Source of the DNA: an uncultured Bacteroidales bacterium
GTDB taxonomy: Bacteria; Bacteroidota; Bacteroidia; Bacteroidales; B18-G4
Reading direction: 5' to 3'
Length of the DNA: 64,000 nt
NCBI GenBank assembly: GCA_964404735.1
Contig: CAYOLA010000031.1
Span: forward strand, 1,958-65,957
Part shown: positions 37,541-46,066 of the stretch, one piece after another
Layout: every line of letters starts with the position of its first letter
Numbering within the stretch: the first letter of the stretch is position 1
Program-made: the position numbers and the translations under genes
The notes under the pieces: model-generated
Databases searched by the model: none
Seen by the model: the letters and a program-made list of their open reading frames with translations, nothing else
What the model was told of the DNA's origin: nothing

Positions 37541-38647
37541 TTACTGAACAAGCAGCTTACGGGTTAACACCTCGTTGCCATCAAGCTTCAGGGTGGCAAA
37601 ATAAATGCCACCGGGAAAACCGGAAACATCGATCCTGGCTGTTCCGTTCAGGCCTGTAAGCTCGGCGGTTTGCATGACCGAACCAACCATATTCGTGATG
37701 ACAACCTCTGTCAGGCTCACTCCCTCCGGAATGCCATAATCGAACATCACCGTGCTGCCGGCAGGATTCGGATAAGCGGGGGAGAAAACCGTCATGGCCG
37801 CCAGGTCTTCATTGATGCTGCTGGGAGCGGCATTGAATTGCAGCCAGTAAAGGGCATAACTCCCGGGCATCATTGGATCCATAAATACATAAACGATCTG
37901 GGATATGCCTGCATTGCCCTGAGCATCGTAGTAGGCATCAAATGACTCATCGACCGTATCGGCCGGAATGGTAACCATACCGGAAGTATCAACGCCAAAA
38001 GGGTACTCAGTACCACCAAACCAAAACCAGTTTTCGGAATTGGCAACGAGGTATACCGGATTTTTAAAGGCAATCAGGTTGAGGGGGGCGTCGGCATGGT
38101 TGTGTACCTTGATCACACCATGGATGGGGTCGTCGACGTAACCGCTCAACATACGCTGGTGCGCGCTGATCTCTTCGCCGGCCTCGCTTGATAAGCTGAA
38201 CATACTATTATACATGATAACGACAGAAGACGCATTGTCGGGATTGTCCACCTCATAAAAGGTGTAATGTATTGATGAAACACCTGCGGTACCTTCCGGC
38301 CAGTAATGGCCCGAAAAATCATCCGTTGACTCACCCGGGGCAAGTGTAATGGTCAGGGCAGAAGTATCGGTATCGAATGAATAGCAAACACCGCCCCAGC
38401 AAAACTGGCTCTTCGTACCTTCAACCATGGAAAGCTCATTCCTGGCAGTCTTCACGGTAACGGTTTCCGTACCTGTATTGGTAACCGTTACATAGCTGAT
38501 GATCTCCGTATCGGAAGGTGACCCGTTGGCCGTAATGCTCGGACCCATGCTGGTAGGGCCAAATTCCCATGTCAGCAAAAGCGTCGACTGCGAAAAAAGG
38601 AATGCTGATGTAAAAACGACCGATAAAAAAAGTAATAGTTTTTTCAT
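37541..38647 (-). CDS. Secreted protein of unknown function with T9SS C-terminal sorting domain
   Basis: Signal peptide MKKLLLFLSVVFTSAFLFS and two internally duplicated ~85-aa domains. C-terminal T9SS-type domain (FSPAYPNPAGSTVMFDY...GGIYFATLKLDG...RKLLVQ). Confidence 0.7.
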   Translation of the reverse strand: MKKLLLFLSVVFTSAFLFSQSTLLLTWEFGPTSMGPSITANGSPSDTEIISYVTVTNTGTETVTVKTARNELSMVEGTKSQFCWGGVCYSFDTDTSALTITLAPGESTDDFSGHYWPEGTAGVSSIHYTFYEVDNPDNASSVVIMYNSMFSLSSEAGEEISAHQRMLSGYVDDPIHGVIKVHNHADAPLNLIAFKNPVYLVANSENWFWFGGTEYPFGVDTSGMVTIPADTVDESFDAYYDAQGNAGISQIVYVFMDPMMPGSYALYWLQFNAAPSSINEDLAAMTVFSPAYPNPAGSTVMFDYGIPEGVSLTEVVITNMVGSVMQTAELTGLNGTARIDVSGFPGGIYFATLKLDGNEVLTRKLLVQ

Positions 38648-38820
38648 GTTATTGTTGTTTAGTGATTAATGAATCTTTCGTTGATGCAAAGGTAATAATA
38701 ATGCTTGTAAAAGATAAGTTAATGCCCGGTTTTTGACTTTCAACAGGCATCCTTTGACCTTTAAAATGGTCTCTCTTCTATAAATGTTGATACTTATATA
38801 TAAAAATATCTCTTAATTAA

Positions 38821-38852
38821 TTGGCATCAGGGAGCTAAAAATTATATTTTTG
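38821..38852 (+). promoter_or_regulatory. Candidate promoter (TTG-N21-TATTTTTG)
   Basis: -7 box TATTTTTG at 38845-38852 and a partial -33 (aTTGg, 38820-38824). The box ends 41 nt upstream of ATG 38894. Confidence 0.4.
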
Positions 38853-38893
38853 CATCTAAACATGTTCATTGTTGCAAACTAAATAAAAAAAAG

Positions 38894-40552
38894 ATGAAAA
38901 AAACACTGACTACACTCTTCGCTTTACTTTTGGTTTTAAGTTTTTCATTCGCGCAGCAGGTTGCCCGCGAAAAGGTAGTGCTGGAGATTGGTACCGGCAC
39001 ATGGTGTCCCTTCTGCCCGGGAGCTTCGATGGGAGCCGATGACCTGATCGCCAACGGGCATGATGTTGCCGTTATCAAATACCACAATGGCGACAACTAC
39101 ACCAACGCTGCCTCCAATGCCAGAAACAGCTATTATAATGTTAGCGCGTACCCGACCGCTCATTTCGACGGGGGTCTGCCTTATGCGAACGGAAGTGCCA
39201 GCCAAAGCCTTTATCCGCAGTATTTGCCCCGTTACAACCAGAAAATTGCCATACCTTCATCCTTCACCGTCGACATTGAAGGAACCTCGTCGGGGCTGAT
39301 CGATTTCAACATTGATGTAACCATTGAAATGGTCGACCCCTATTCGGGTTCCGACATCCGCCTGCACTGCGTGATCACCGAATCGGATATCCAGCAATAC
39401 TGGCAGGGACAGGACCACCTGAATTACGTGGAGCGGATGATGCTGCCGACTCATTCCGGTATACAGCTCGATTTTTCGGGAGGAAACATTATCGAACAAA
39501 ACTATAGTTTCGCACTCGACCCATCATGGAATGCCGAACATTGTGAGATCGTGATCTTCCTTCAGGAAAACGGCAGCAAGGTGATCCTGCAGGGTTCACT
39601 GCGCGAGCTGATCGACATGGGGAACGTGAACAATTATGATGCCTCACTATCGCAACTTTCCAATCTGCCTGTAAAAACCTGTGCCGGCATTTTCGCCCCT
39701 TCCTTCATCCTGCGTAATAACGGAAACGAAAATCTCACCAGTATCACCTTACAATACCAGGTAAATAACGGAGAACTAAGCACCTATGACTGGACAGGCG
39801 ACCTTGAGTTTCTTGAAGAAGAACTGATTTACCTTCCGGAAATCGCCTTTGCCCCCGAAGAGGAGAACCTGCTCATGATCTATTCGGAAAACCCCAACGG
39901 CAACCCCGACCAGTACCCGCTCAACGACACGATCGTTGCGGTGGTTCCTCTTGCCGATATCGTCCCGGCTGATGTAAACCTGATCCTGAGGACCGACAAC
40001 AATCCTTCGGAAACCACCTGGGAAGTTTTGGATGATATGGGCAATGTTGTTTATTCGGGCGGGCCATACACACAAGCCAGCCAAACCATCATGGAAAGCT
40101 TTGAACTCCAAAACCTGAGCTGTTACCAGTTTTTTGTTTACGATGCCGGTGGCGACGGGCTGAACTCACCGGGCTTCTTTGCCCTGTATTACGGCAGCAA
40201 CAGCTATATCCTGCAGGGTGTCGGCGACTTTGGCTTTATGTTGGGAACGGATTTTCAAACCGACGATGACACAGACATTGACGAGCTGGCAGGAAACCCG
40301 ACAATACAGGTTTATCCGAACCCATTCAGCGATCACACAAACATTGCACTTACCACACAAACGTTCAGCCATGTAAAAGTGATGATGTTCAACATCCTTG
40401 GCAAAAAAGTTTATGAATCTGATGAAGGCATGCTTGCCGCAGGCGAACACCTGATCGGGCTCAATGCAGCTAACCTGGAAAATGGTGTTTATCTTATCAG
40501 ACTGATGGTGAATGATTTAATGATCACCGAGCGGGTGATGATCTCTAAATAG
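38894..40552 (+). CDS. Omp28-related/thioredoxin-fold secreted protein with T9SS C-terminal sorting domain
   Basis: Signal peptide, GTGTWCPFCPGA (a CxxC in a thioredoxin-like context, as in Omp28-related proteins), and a C-terminal T9SS-type domain (IQVYPNPFSDHTNIAL...GVYLIRLMV...VMISK). Confidence 0.7.
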   Translation: MKKTLTTLFALLLVLSFSFAQQVAREKVVLEIGTGTWCPFCPGASMGADDLIANGHDVAVIKYHNGDNYTNAASNARNSYYNVSAYPTAHFDGGLPYANGSASQSLYPQYLPRYNQKIAIPSSFTVDIEGTSSGLIDFNIDVTIEMVDPYSGSDIRLHCVITESDIQQYWQGQDHLNYVERMMLPTHSGIQLDFSGGNIIEQNYSFALDPSWNAEHCEIVIFLQENGSKVILQGSLRELIDMGNVNNYDASLSQLSNLPVKTCAGIFAPSFILRNNGNENLTSITLQYQVNNGELSTYDWTGDLEFLEEELIYLPEIAFAPEEENLLMIYSENPNGNPDQYPLNDTIVAVVPLADIVPADVNLILRTDNNPSETTWEVLDDMGNVVYSGGPYTQASQTIMESFELQNLSCYQFFVYDAGGDGLNSPGFFALYYGSNSYILQGVGDFGFMLGTDFQTDDDTDIDELAGNPTIQVYPNPFSDHTNIALTTQTFSHVKVMMFNILGKKVYESDEGMLAAGEHLIGLNAANLENGVYLIRLMVNDLMITERVMISK

Positions 40553-40558
40553 AGAATA

Positions 40559-40595
40559 GGGTTGCCAACCTTAATAGGGCTGGCAACCCTTTTTT
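40559..40595 (+). terminator. Rho-independent terminator overlapping the 3' coding end of the convergent gene
   Basis: GGGTTGCCA (40559-40567), a 13-nt loop, TGGCAACCC (40581-40589), then T6. The right arm and the T-tract lie inside the last codons (KKGCQPY) of the minus-strand gene 40571-41371. Confidence 0.6.
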
Positions 40596-41371
40596 AACAA
40601 AGAATCCATCTGCACGCCGCCTTTTATACCAAGGCTGGCAGGCCAATTACCATACATGGCATTGGGCAACACAATGTATTTCCGGCCAAATTCTTCCGAC
40701 AAGTTATTAAGCTGTTCCGAACGGTCATCACCCGATAAGGTATCCGTGTAAAAGTCGCCAAGGTTATCACCGATCAGCAACACGATCCTGTATCCCCGGG
40801 CGGCAATTTCATCTCTTCTGGCCTGTTTGTCAGACGGATCAGGGTTCACCTCCGACTTTTCCTGCCTCAGCATGAACCTTTCCTCCCTGAGCTGGGGAAA
40901 ACCCAGCGAATCAAGGTTCCGCAGGGTAGCTTCCCGTACATATTTATCCTTTCGGTTGGAAACATAAAAAATGCCGAACCCTTTTGCATCGGCATACTGC
41001 AGGAAATCGACAGCTCCCGGTATGGCGGCAGCTCCCGCCAGCCTGCACCATTCGTTCCACATGTAGGGATATGCACTATCGTGGAGGATCATCAAAGCCT
41101 GGTGCGGACTGTTATCGATCAGGGTTTCGTCAATATCAACCACGATGGCAAGATTACCGGCCCCGGGGTTTTCCCTGCGGATAGCATCCACCCTTTCGCG
41201 GGCGATATTAAAGGCCTGATATGCCAGTGCCCGGTATTCGGCAGCATAGTGGTTATAAAGGGTTGCCATGGTATGGGAATGATCTGAGGCATAAACTTTC
41301 CCGGGCCGGTCAGGTTCCCCCTCCCCGCATCCGGCAAGAACGATAAAAAGGATAAACAGGTATTTTTTCAT
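40571..41371 (-). CDS. 5'-nucleotidase/acid phosphatase, lipoprotein e(P4) family (HAD IIIB)
   Basis: Lipobox LAGCGEG, HAD motifs VVDIDETLIDNS and GDNLGDF, with the size and layout of class C acid phosphatases. Confidence 0.85.
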   Translation of the reverse strand: MKKYLFILFIVLAGCGEGEPDRPGKVYASDHSHTMATLYNHYAAEYRALAYQAFNIARERVDAIRRENPGAGNLAIVVDIDETLIDNSPHQALMILHDSAYPYMWNEWCRLAGAAAIPGAVDFLQYADAKGFGIFYVSNRKDKYVREATLRNLDSLGFPQLREERFMLRQEKSEVNPDPSDKQARRDEIAARGYRIVLLIGDNLGDFYTDTLSGDDRSEQLNNLSEEFGRKYIVLPNAMYGNWPASLGIKGGVQMDSLLKKGCQPY

Positions 41372-41423
41372 TGGGTATTATGAGTATTAATTAATAGTTT
41401 CAGTATGCCGGGTTCGATATTCG

Positions 41424-43448
41424 TTACTCCATATTCAACAGTTTTTCATCAACCATGTTCGGCAGGGTGACTTTCAGCAGCGGCTCGGTCTTCATGGCCC
41501 GTTTGATGGCAAAGATTGCTTCATCATTTCTGGCCCAGCTCCGCCTGGCAATCCCATTATTCACATCCCAGTGCAGCATGCTTTTCAGGCGCCGGCCAGC
41601 GTCAGCGCTGCCGTCCAGCAGCATGCCAAAGCCCCCGTTGATGACTTCGCCCCAACCCACGCCGCCACCGTTGTGGACCGACACCCAGGTCGCCCCGCGG
41701 AAGCTGTCGCCGATCACATTCTGTATAGCCATATCGGCCGTGAATTGCGAACCGTCATAGATATTGGATGTTTCACGGTATGGGGAATCAGTTCCCGACA
41801 CGTCGTGGTGGTCTCGTCCGAGCACGATGGGCGCGCTGACCTCCCCTTTTCTGATGGCTTCATTAAAAGCATCCGCTATGCGAGTACGCCCTTCGCAATC
41901 GGCATAGAGTATCCGTGCCTGCGAGCCCACCACCAACTTATTTGCCTCTGCCTGTTTGATCCAGCGAAGGTTATCGTTTAGTTGCTGTTTTATCTCGTCC
42001 GGAGCATCACCAGCCATCCTTTCAAGGATGCCGGCTGCTATACTGTCAGTGGTGCGCAAATCCGCCGGATCGCCCGAAGTGCATACCCAGCGGAAAGGGC
42101 CAAATCCGTAATCGAAACACATGGGGCCCATAATATCCTGCACATAGGACGGATAGCGGAAAGTGCCATCCTCCTTCATAATGTCGGCCCCCGCCCTTGA
42201 AGACTCCAGCAGAAAGGCATTGCCATAATCGAAAAAATACATGCCACGGGCAGCGAGGGTGTTAATGGCGGCTACCTGTCGCTGCAGCGACTCCTTTACC
42301 TTTTCTTTAAAAGCAACCGGATCTGCGGCCATCAGTCTGTTCGATTCCGTAAAGCTGAGCCCGGCCGGATAATAACCCCCCGCCCAGGGGTTGTGCAGTG
42401 AAGTCTGGTCGGAACCCAAATCAATTCGGATATCGCGTTTAACAAGCTCCTCCCAGAGGTCCACGATATTTCCCTGGTAAGCCAGTGACACGGCTTCCTT
42501 CGCATCACTGGCCCTGAGCATCCGTTCAATGAGTTGACCAAGGTTCGTATAAAGTTCATCAACCCATCCCTGCCGGTGTCTTTTCTCTGCCGCCGAAGGG
42601 TTGACTTCGGCAATCACCCCTACTGCACCAGCGATAACAGCGGCTTTGGCCTGTGCCCCCGACATTCCTCCCAGACCTGATGAGATAAAAATCCTTCCTC
42701 CCAGGCCTGCCTTACCGTCCTTCAACTTCCTTCCGGCATTGAGCACGGTGATGGTTGTACCGTGCACAATCCCCTGCGGGCCGATATACATGTATGATCC
42801 GGCAGTCATCTGACCATACTGCGACACCCCAAGCGCATTAAACCTCTCCCAGTGATCGGGGCTTGAATAGTTGGGAATGACCATGCCATTGGTTACCACC
42901 ACCCGCGGGGCGTCGGAATGGGAAGGGAAAAGCCCCAGTGGATGCCCCGAATACATGACCAGGGTTTGTTCACCGGTCATCTCAGCCAGGTATTTCATCG
43001 TCAGCAGGTATTGCGCCCAATTCTGGAAAACTGCTCCGTTGCCCCCATAGGTGATGAGCTCATGGGGATGCTGGGCCACGGCAGGGTCAAGGTTATTCTG
43101 GATCATGAGCATGATGGCGGCAGCCTGCGGCGAGCGTGCCGGATATTCACCGATCGGCCTGGCATGCATGGGGTAATCAGGTCTGAAGCGGTACATATAG
43201 ATCCGGCCATACCGCTTCAGCTCATCGGCAAACTCCCCGGCCAGCACAGCATGATGTTTCGGATGAAAATAGCGTAGTGCATTTTTCAGGGCAAGCCTTT
43301 TTTCATCTGTCGTGAGAATATCTTTTCGCACCGGGGCATGGCTCACACTGTCATCAAATATCTTCGCAGCGGGTAACTCCCCGGGTATGCCCTGCAAAAT
43401 TATCTTCCTGAATTCTTCTGTATTCATGCGCAATGGGTTTTCTTTCAA
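41424..43448 (-). CDS. hutU: Urocanate hydratase
   Basis: 674 aa with LITYGGNGAVFQNW, GLGGMSGAQ and ATWVSVHNGGGVGWGEVINGG, which are characteristic urocanase blocks. Confidence 0.9.
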   Translation of the reverse strand: MKENPLRMNTEEFRKIILQGIPGELPAAKIFDDSVSHAPVRKDILTTDEKRLALKNALRYFHPKHHAVLAGEFADELKRYGRIYMYRFRPDYPMHARPIGEYPARSPQAAAIMLMIQNNLDPAVAQHPHELITYGGNGAVFQNWAQYLLTMKYLAEMTGEQTLVMYSGHPLGLFPSHSDAPRVVVTNGMVIPNYSSPDHWERFNALGVSQYGQMTAGSYMYIGPQGIVHGTTITVLNAGRKLKDGKAGLGGRIFISSGLGGMSGAQAKAAVIAGAVGVIAEVNPSAAEKRHRQGWVDELYTNLGQLIERMLRASDAKEAVSLAYQGNIVDLWEELVKRDIRIDLGSDQTSLHNPWAGGYYPAGLSFTESNRLMAADPVAFKEKVKESLQRQVAAINTLAARGMYFFDYGNAFLLESSRAGADIMKEDGTFRYPSYVQDIMGPMCFDYGFGPFRWVCTSGDPADLRTTDSIAAGILERMAGDAPDEIKQQLNDNLRWIKQAEANKLVVGSQARILYADCEGRTRIADAFNEAIRKGEVSAPIVLGRDHHDVSGTDSPYRETSNIYDGSQFTADMAIQNVIGDSFRGATWVSVHNGGGVGWGEVINGGFGMLLDGSADAGRRLKSMLHWDVNNGIARRSWARNDEAIFAIKRAMKTEPLLKVTLPNMVDEKLLNME

Positions 43449-43570
43449 CGATCATTCTTTCAGCATTATGACAAAAACCTGTCAGTCGCAATTTAAGCGT
43501 GCCGAAAAAAGCCGATAAACAAGGCTTCACGATAAACGTGCATCAGCCATCAAAATTACAACATATTCTT

Positions 43571-43578
43571 TATCTTTG
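43571..43578 (+). promoter_or_regulatory. Candidate -7 promoter box TATCTTTG ahead of the adenylation/reduction cassette
   Basis: Exact TAnnTTTG match 25 nt upstream of ATG 43604, in a 155-nt intergenic region. No -33 TTTG. Confidence 0.35.
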
Positions 43579-43603
43579 GTCAGCCGAAACAGCGTAAACC
43601 AAT

Positions 43604-44872
43604 ATGAAGACCTATTCCCTTGAAACCATTGTTTCAGTTGCCCGCGAGTTATCGGAATATTACGGGCAACGCTATCGCAACCTACCACAAAAAGGCTGGA
43701 AGCTTTCTGAACTCCCTCCCGTCGACCAGGCCATATTCTGGGAATATAACCGGGTAGAAAACAACCGCCTGTTGACAGGGCCCATGACTGACGGCATCAT
43801 CTTCAAAAGCGGCGGCACGACGGGCATGCCCAAATTCTCGGTTTACAGCCGGGAAGAGTGGGAAACCATGACGGGTACCTTTGGCTACCATCTCGCCGAA
43901 AGCGGGCTGAAAAAAGGCGACCGGATTGCCAACCTTTTCTATGCCGGGGAGTTGTACAGCAGTTTTCTCTTCCTCCACGACAGCCTGGGACGCTGCCCGG
44001 TCGACACCATGCTGTTTCCTATCTCCGGGGCCTCTCCACTCGAATTTATTGCCCGGGAGCTTCGTGATTTTCGTATTAATACATTGCTGGGAGTACCGAC
44101 GCAACTGATCAGCCTGGCCGAGTATGTCAGGTCAAAACACTTAAAGGGCCTGAAGGTCGAAAAAATATATTTTGGCGGTGAAAGCATGTACGAGGATCAG
44201 CGTGAGCTGATGCATGAAGTATTCCCAGGGGTGCAGATTTATTCGGTGGGCTATGCCAGCGTTGACGGCGGACTGCTGGGCTATATCGATCCCGGATGCG
44301 GGTTCAACGAACACCGCGTGTTCGACGGTTACAACATCATAGAGATCATTGACGAGGACAGCGGTGATGTAATTGAAGAATGCAACAGGGAAGGACGCAT
44401 ACTCACCACCAACCTGTCGAGGCTGCTGATGCCCGTCATCAGGTACCCGGCAGGCGATCGCGGCATATGGGTGGAAGAAGCCGGAAAAGAAAACAGGAAA
44501 TTTAAAATAATGGGGCGATCGGAAGAGGGGGCCCGGATCGGGGTGGTTACCATGTATGTTGACAATTTCATGCACATCCTCCACCTCATGAAACCCTTAT
44601 TCCAGGCAGCCAACTTCCAGATGGTGATCGACCACATCGGGAAGCTCGACAAGCTTAGCCTGCGCATCGCCGTTGACGACCCTGCGGCGGTGCAGCCCGC
44701 ATGGGAAGAAGAGCTGCTCGACACCATCTTCAGCGAGCGGCCCGAATTCAGAGAAGAGATCGCCATCAAAGGCGTCCACCCCATCAGCATTGAATGGATT
44801 CGTCCGGAAGAGCTTGCTGTAAACCCGCGCACAGGCAAGATACGCCGCATTATCGACAACCGATTCAAATAA
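43604..44872 (+). CDS. PaaK-like adenylate-forming enzyme (phenylacetate-CoA ligase / F390 synthetase family)
   Basis: 422 aa with P-loop FKSGGTTGMPKFSVYS, TLLGVPTQL, KIYFGGESM, GYASVDGG, RYPAGDRGIWVEE and the terminal TGKIRRIIDNR (candidate A10 lysine). Confidence 0.75.
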   Translation: MKTYSLETIVSVARELSEYYGQRYRNLPQKGWKLSELPPVDQAIFWEYNRVENNRLLTGPMTDGIIFKSGGTTGMPKFSVYSREEWETMTGTFGYHLAESGLKKGDRIANLFYAGELYSSFLFLHDSLGRCPVDTMLFPISGASPLEFIARELRDFRINTLLGVPTQLISLAEYVRSKHLKGLKVEKIYFGGESMYEDQRELMHEVFPGVQIYSVGYASVDGGLLGYIDPGCGFNEHRVFDGYNIIEIIDEDSGDVIEECNREGRILTTNLSRLLMPVIRYPAGDRGIWVEEAGKENRKFKIMGRSEEGARIGVVTMYVDNFMHILHLMKPLFQAANFQMVIDHIGKLDKLSLRIAVDDPAAVQPAWEEELLDTIFSERPEFREEIAIKGVHPISIEWIRPEELAVNPRTGKIRRIIDNRFK

Positions 44873-44880
44873 ACCAACAT

Positions 44881-46056
44881 ATGTCAAAGTTTGAACAGCT
44901 ACAGGTTCCCGACCCGACTGCCCTGCAGGCCGTCCGGGAAATTTGCGAAATTGATGAGCCCTTCCGCACAGATGCTGACACGGACGAATTATTCCTGCAG
45001 GCCATGCGCGAGATCATGCAATGGCATTACGAACGATGCCCTTTTTACAGGAACTTCCTCGACAGGGAACAATTCAGCCCCGCCAAACTGAAGGGTATTC
45101 GTGACCTGCCGGCCATCCCTTTCATTCATGCCAACTTTTTCAAGACACATTCGGTAAAATCCGTCCGGGAAGAAGACATAGAGATCACCCTCACTTCCAG
45201 CGGCACCATGGGCCAGAAGAGCCGGATGTTCTTCGACCACTGGTCCATCGCCTCCGGCAGGCGGATGGTCGACTTTGTATACGACTACTTCGGATGGGTT
45301 AATCCCGAAAAAGAAACCAATTACCTGGTGAGCAATTATGAGCCCGAGGCAGGTTCAACGCGGGGCACAACCAACACCAGCCGCTTTCTGACCAAATACG
45401 CCCCGGCCAGGCATATCAATTATGTACTTCGGCTGACCGGGGAAGGTACGCATGAGTTCGACCTTTTCGGCAGCATAGCGGTGCTGAAACAATATGAAGC
45501 CGAAGCGATCCCGGTCAGACTGATCGGCTTCCCCTCATTCATCTTTTTTATCCTGGAAAGGATGAAGAACCTGGGCGTGAAGGACCTTCGTCTGCCCGAA
45601 GATTCCCTGGTCTTCTTTGCCGGCGGGTGGAAGGGCTATGCCGACCGGCAACTCTCCAAACCTGAGCTATACGGACGCCTGGGTGAGCAACTTGGCATCC
45701 CCGACTTCCGCTGCCGCGACGGCTTTGGCTCGGTCGAACACTCGGTGCCTTACATAGAATGTGAACGGCATCATATGCACGTCCCGGTCTGGTCCAGGGC
45801 ATTCATCCGTGATGTAAGAACCCTTGAAGTGCTGGGTTACGAAAAGCCCGGCTATCTCAGTTTTGTAACGCCCTACATCACCTCCGTGCCTGCCATCAGC
45901 GTTGTGATGGGCGACCTGGCCGTGATGCACCCGCCCGAAGCATGTGGATGCGGCATCAACACGCCCTGGTTTGACATTGCCGGCAGGGCCGGATTATCCA
46001 AAAACAAGAGCTGTGCCGTTTCGGCTGCCGAACTGCTCAAAAAAGAAGCCGTATAA
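44881..46056 (+). CDS. LuxE-family acyl-protein synthetase-like adenylating enzyme
   Basis: 391 aa from ATG 44881; the 44794 start overlaps the previous gene. N-terminal ...CPFYRNFL..., LPAIPFIHANFFK, TSSGTMGQKSRMF and FFAGGWKGY fit my recollection of the LuxE family pattern. Confidence 0.65.
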   Translation: MSKFEQLQVPDPTALQAVREICEIDEPFRTDADTDELFLQAMREIMQWHYERCPFYRNFLDREQFSPAKLKGIRDLPAIPFIHANFFKTHSVKSVREEDIEITLTSSGTMGQKSRMFFDHWSIASGRRMVDFVYDYFGWVNPEKETNYLVSNYEPEAGSTRGTTNTSRFLTKYAPARHINYVLRLTGEGTHEFDLFGSIAVLKQYEAEAIPVRLIGFPSFIFFILERMKNLGVKDLRLPEDSLVFFAGGWKGYADRQLSKPELYGRLGEQLGIPDFRCRDGFGSVEHSVPYIECERHHMHVPVWSRAFIRDVRTLEVLGYEKPGYLSFVTPYITSVPAISVVMGDLAVMHPPEACGCGINTPWFDIAGRAGLSKNKSCAVSAAELLKKEAV

Positions 46057-46066
46057 AATTATCATT

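Noticed and set aside
41424-43448. A histidine utilisation (hut) operon around hutU.
   Set aside because: No hutH, hutI or hutG/ftcD genes flank it. The neighbours are an acid phosphatase and the adenylation cassette, so hutU is solitary here.
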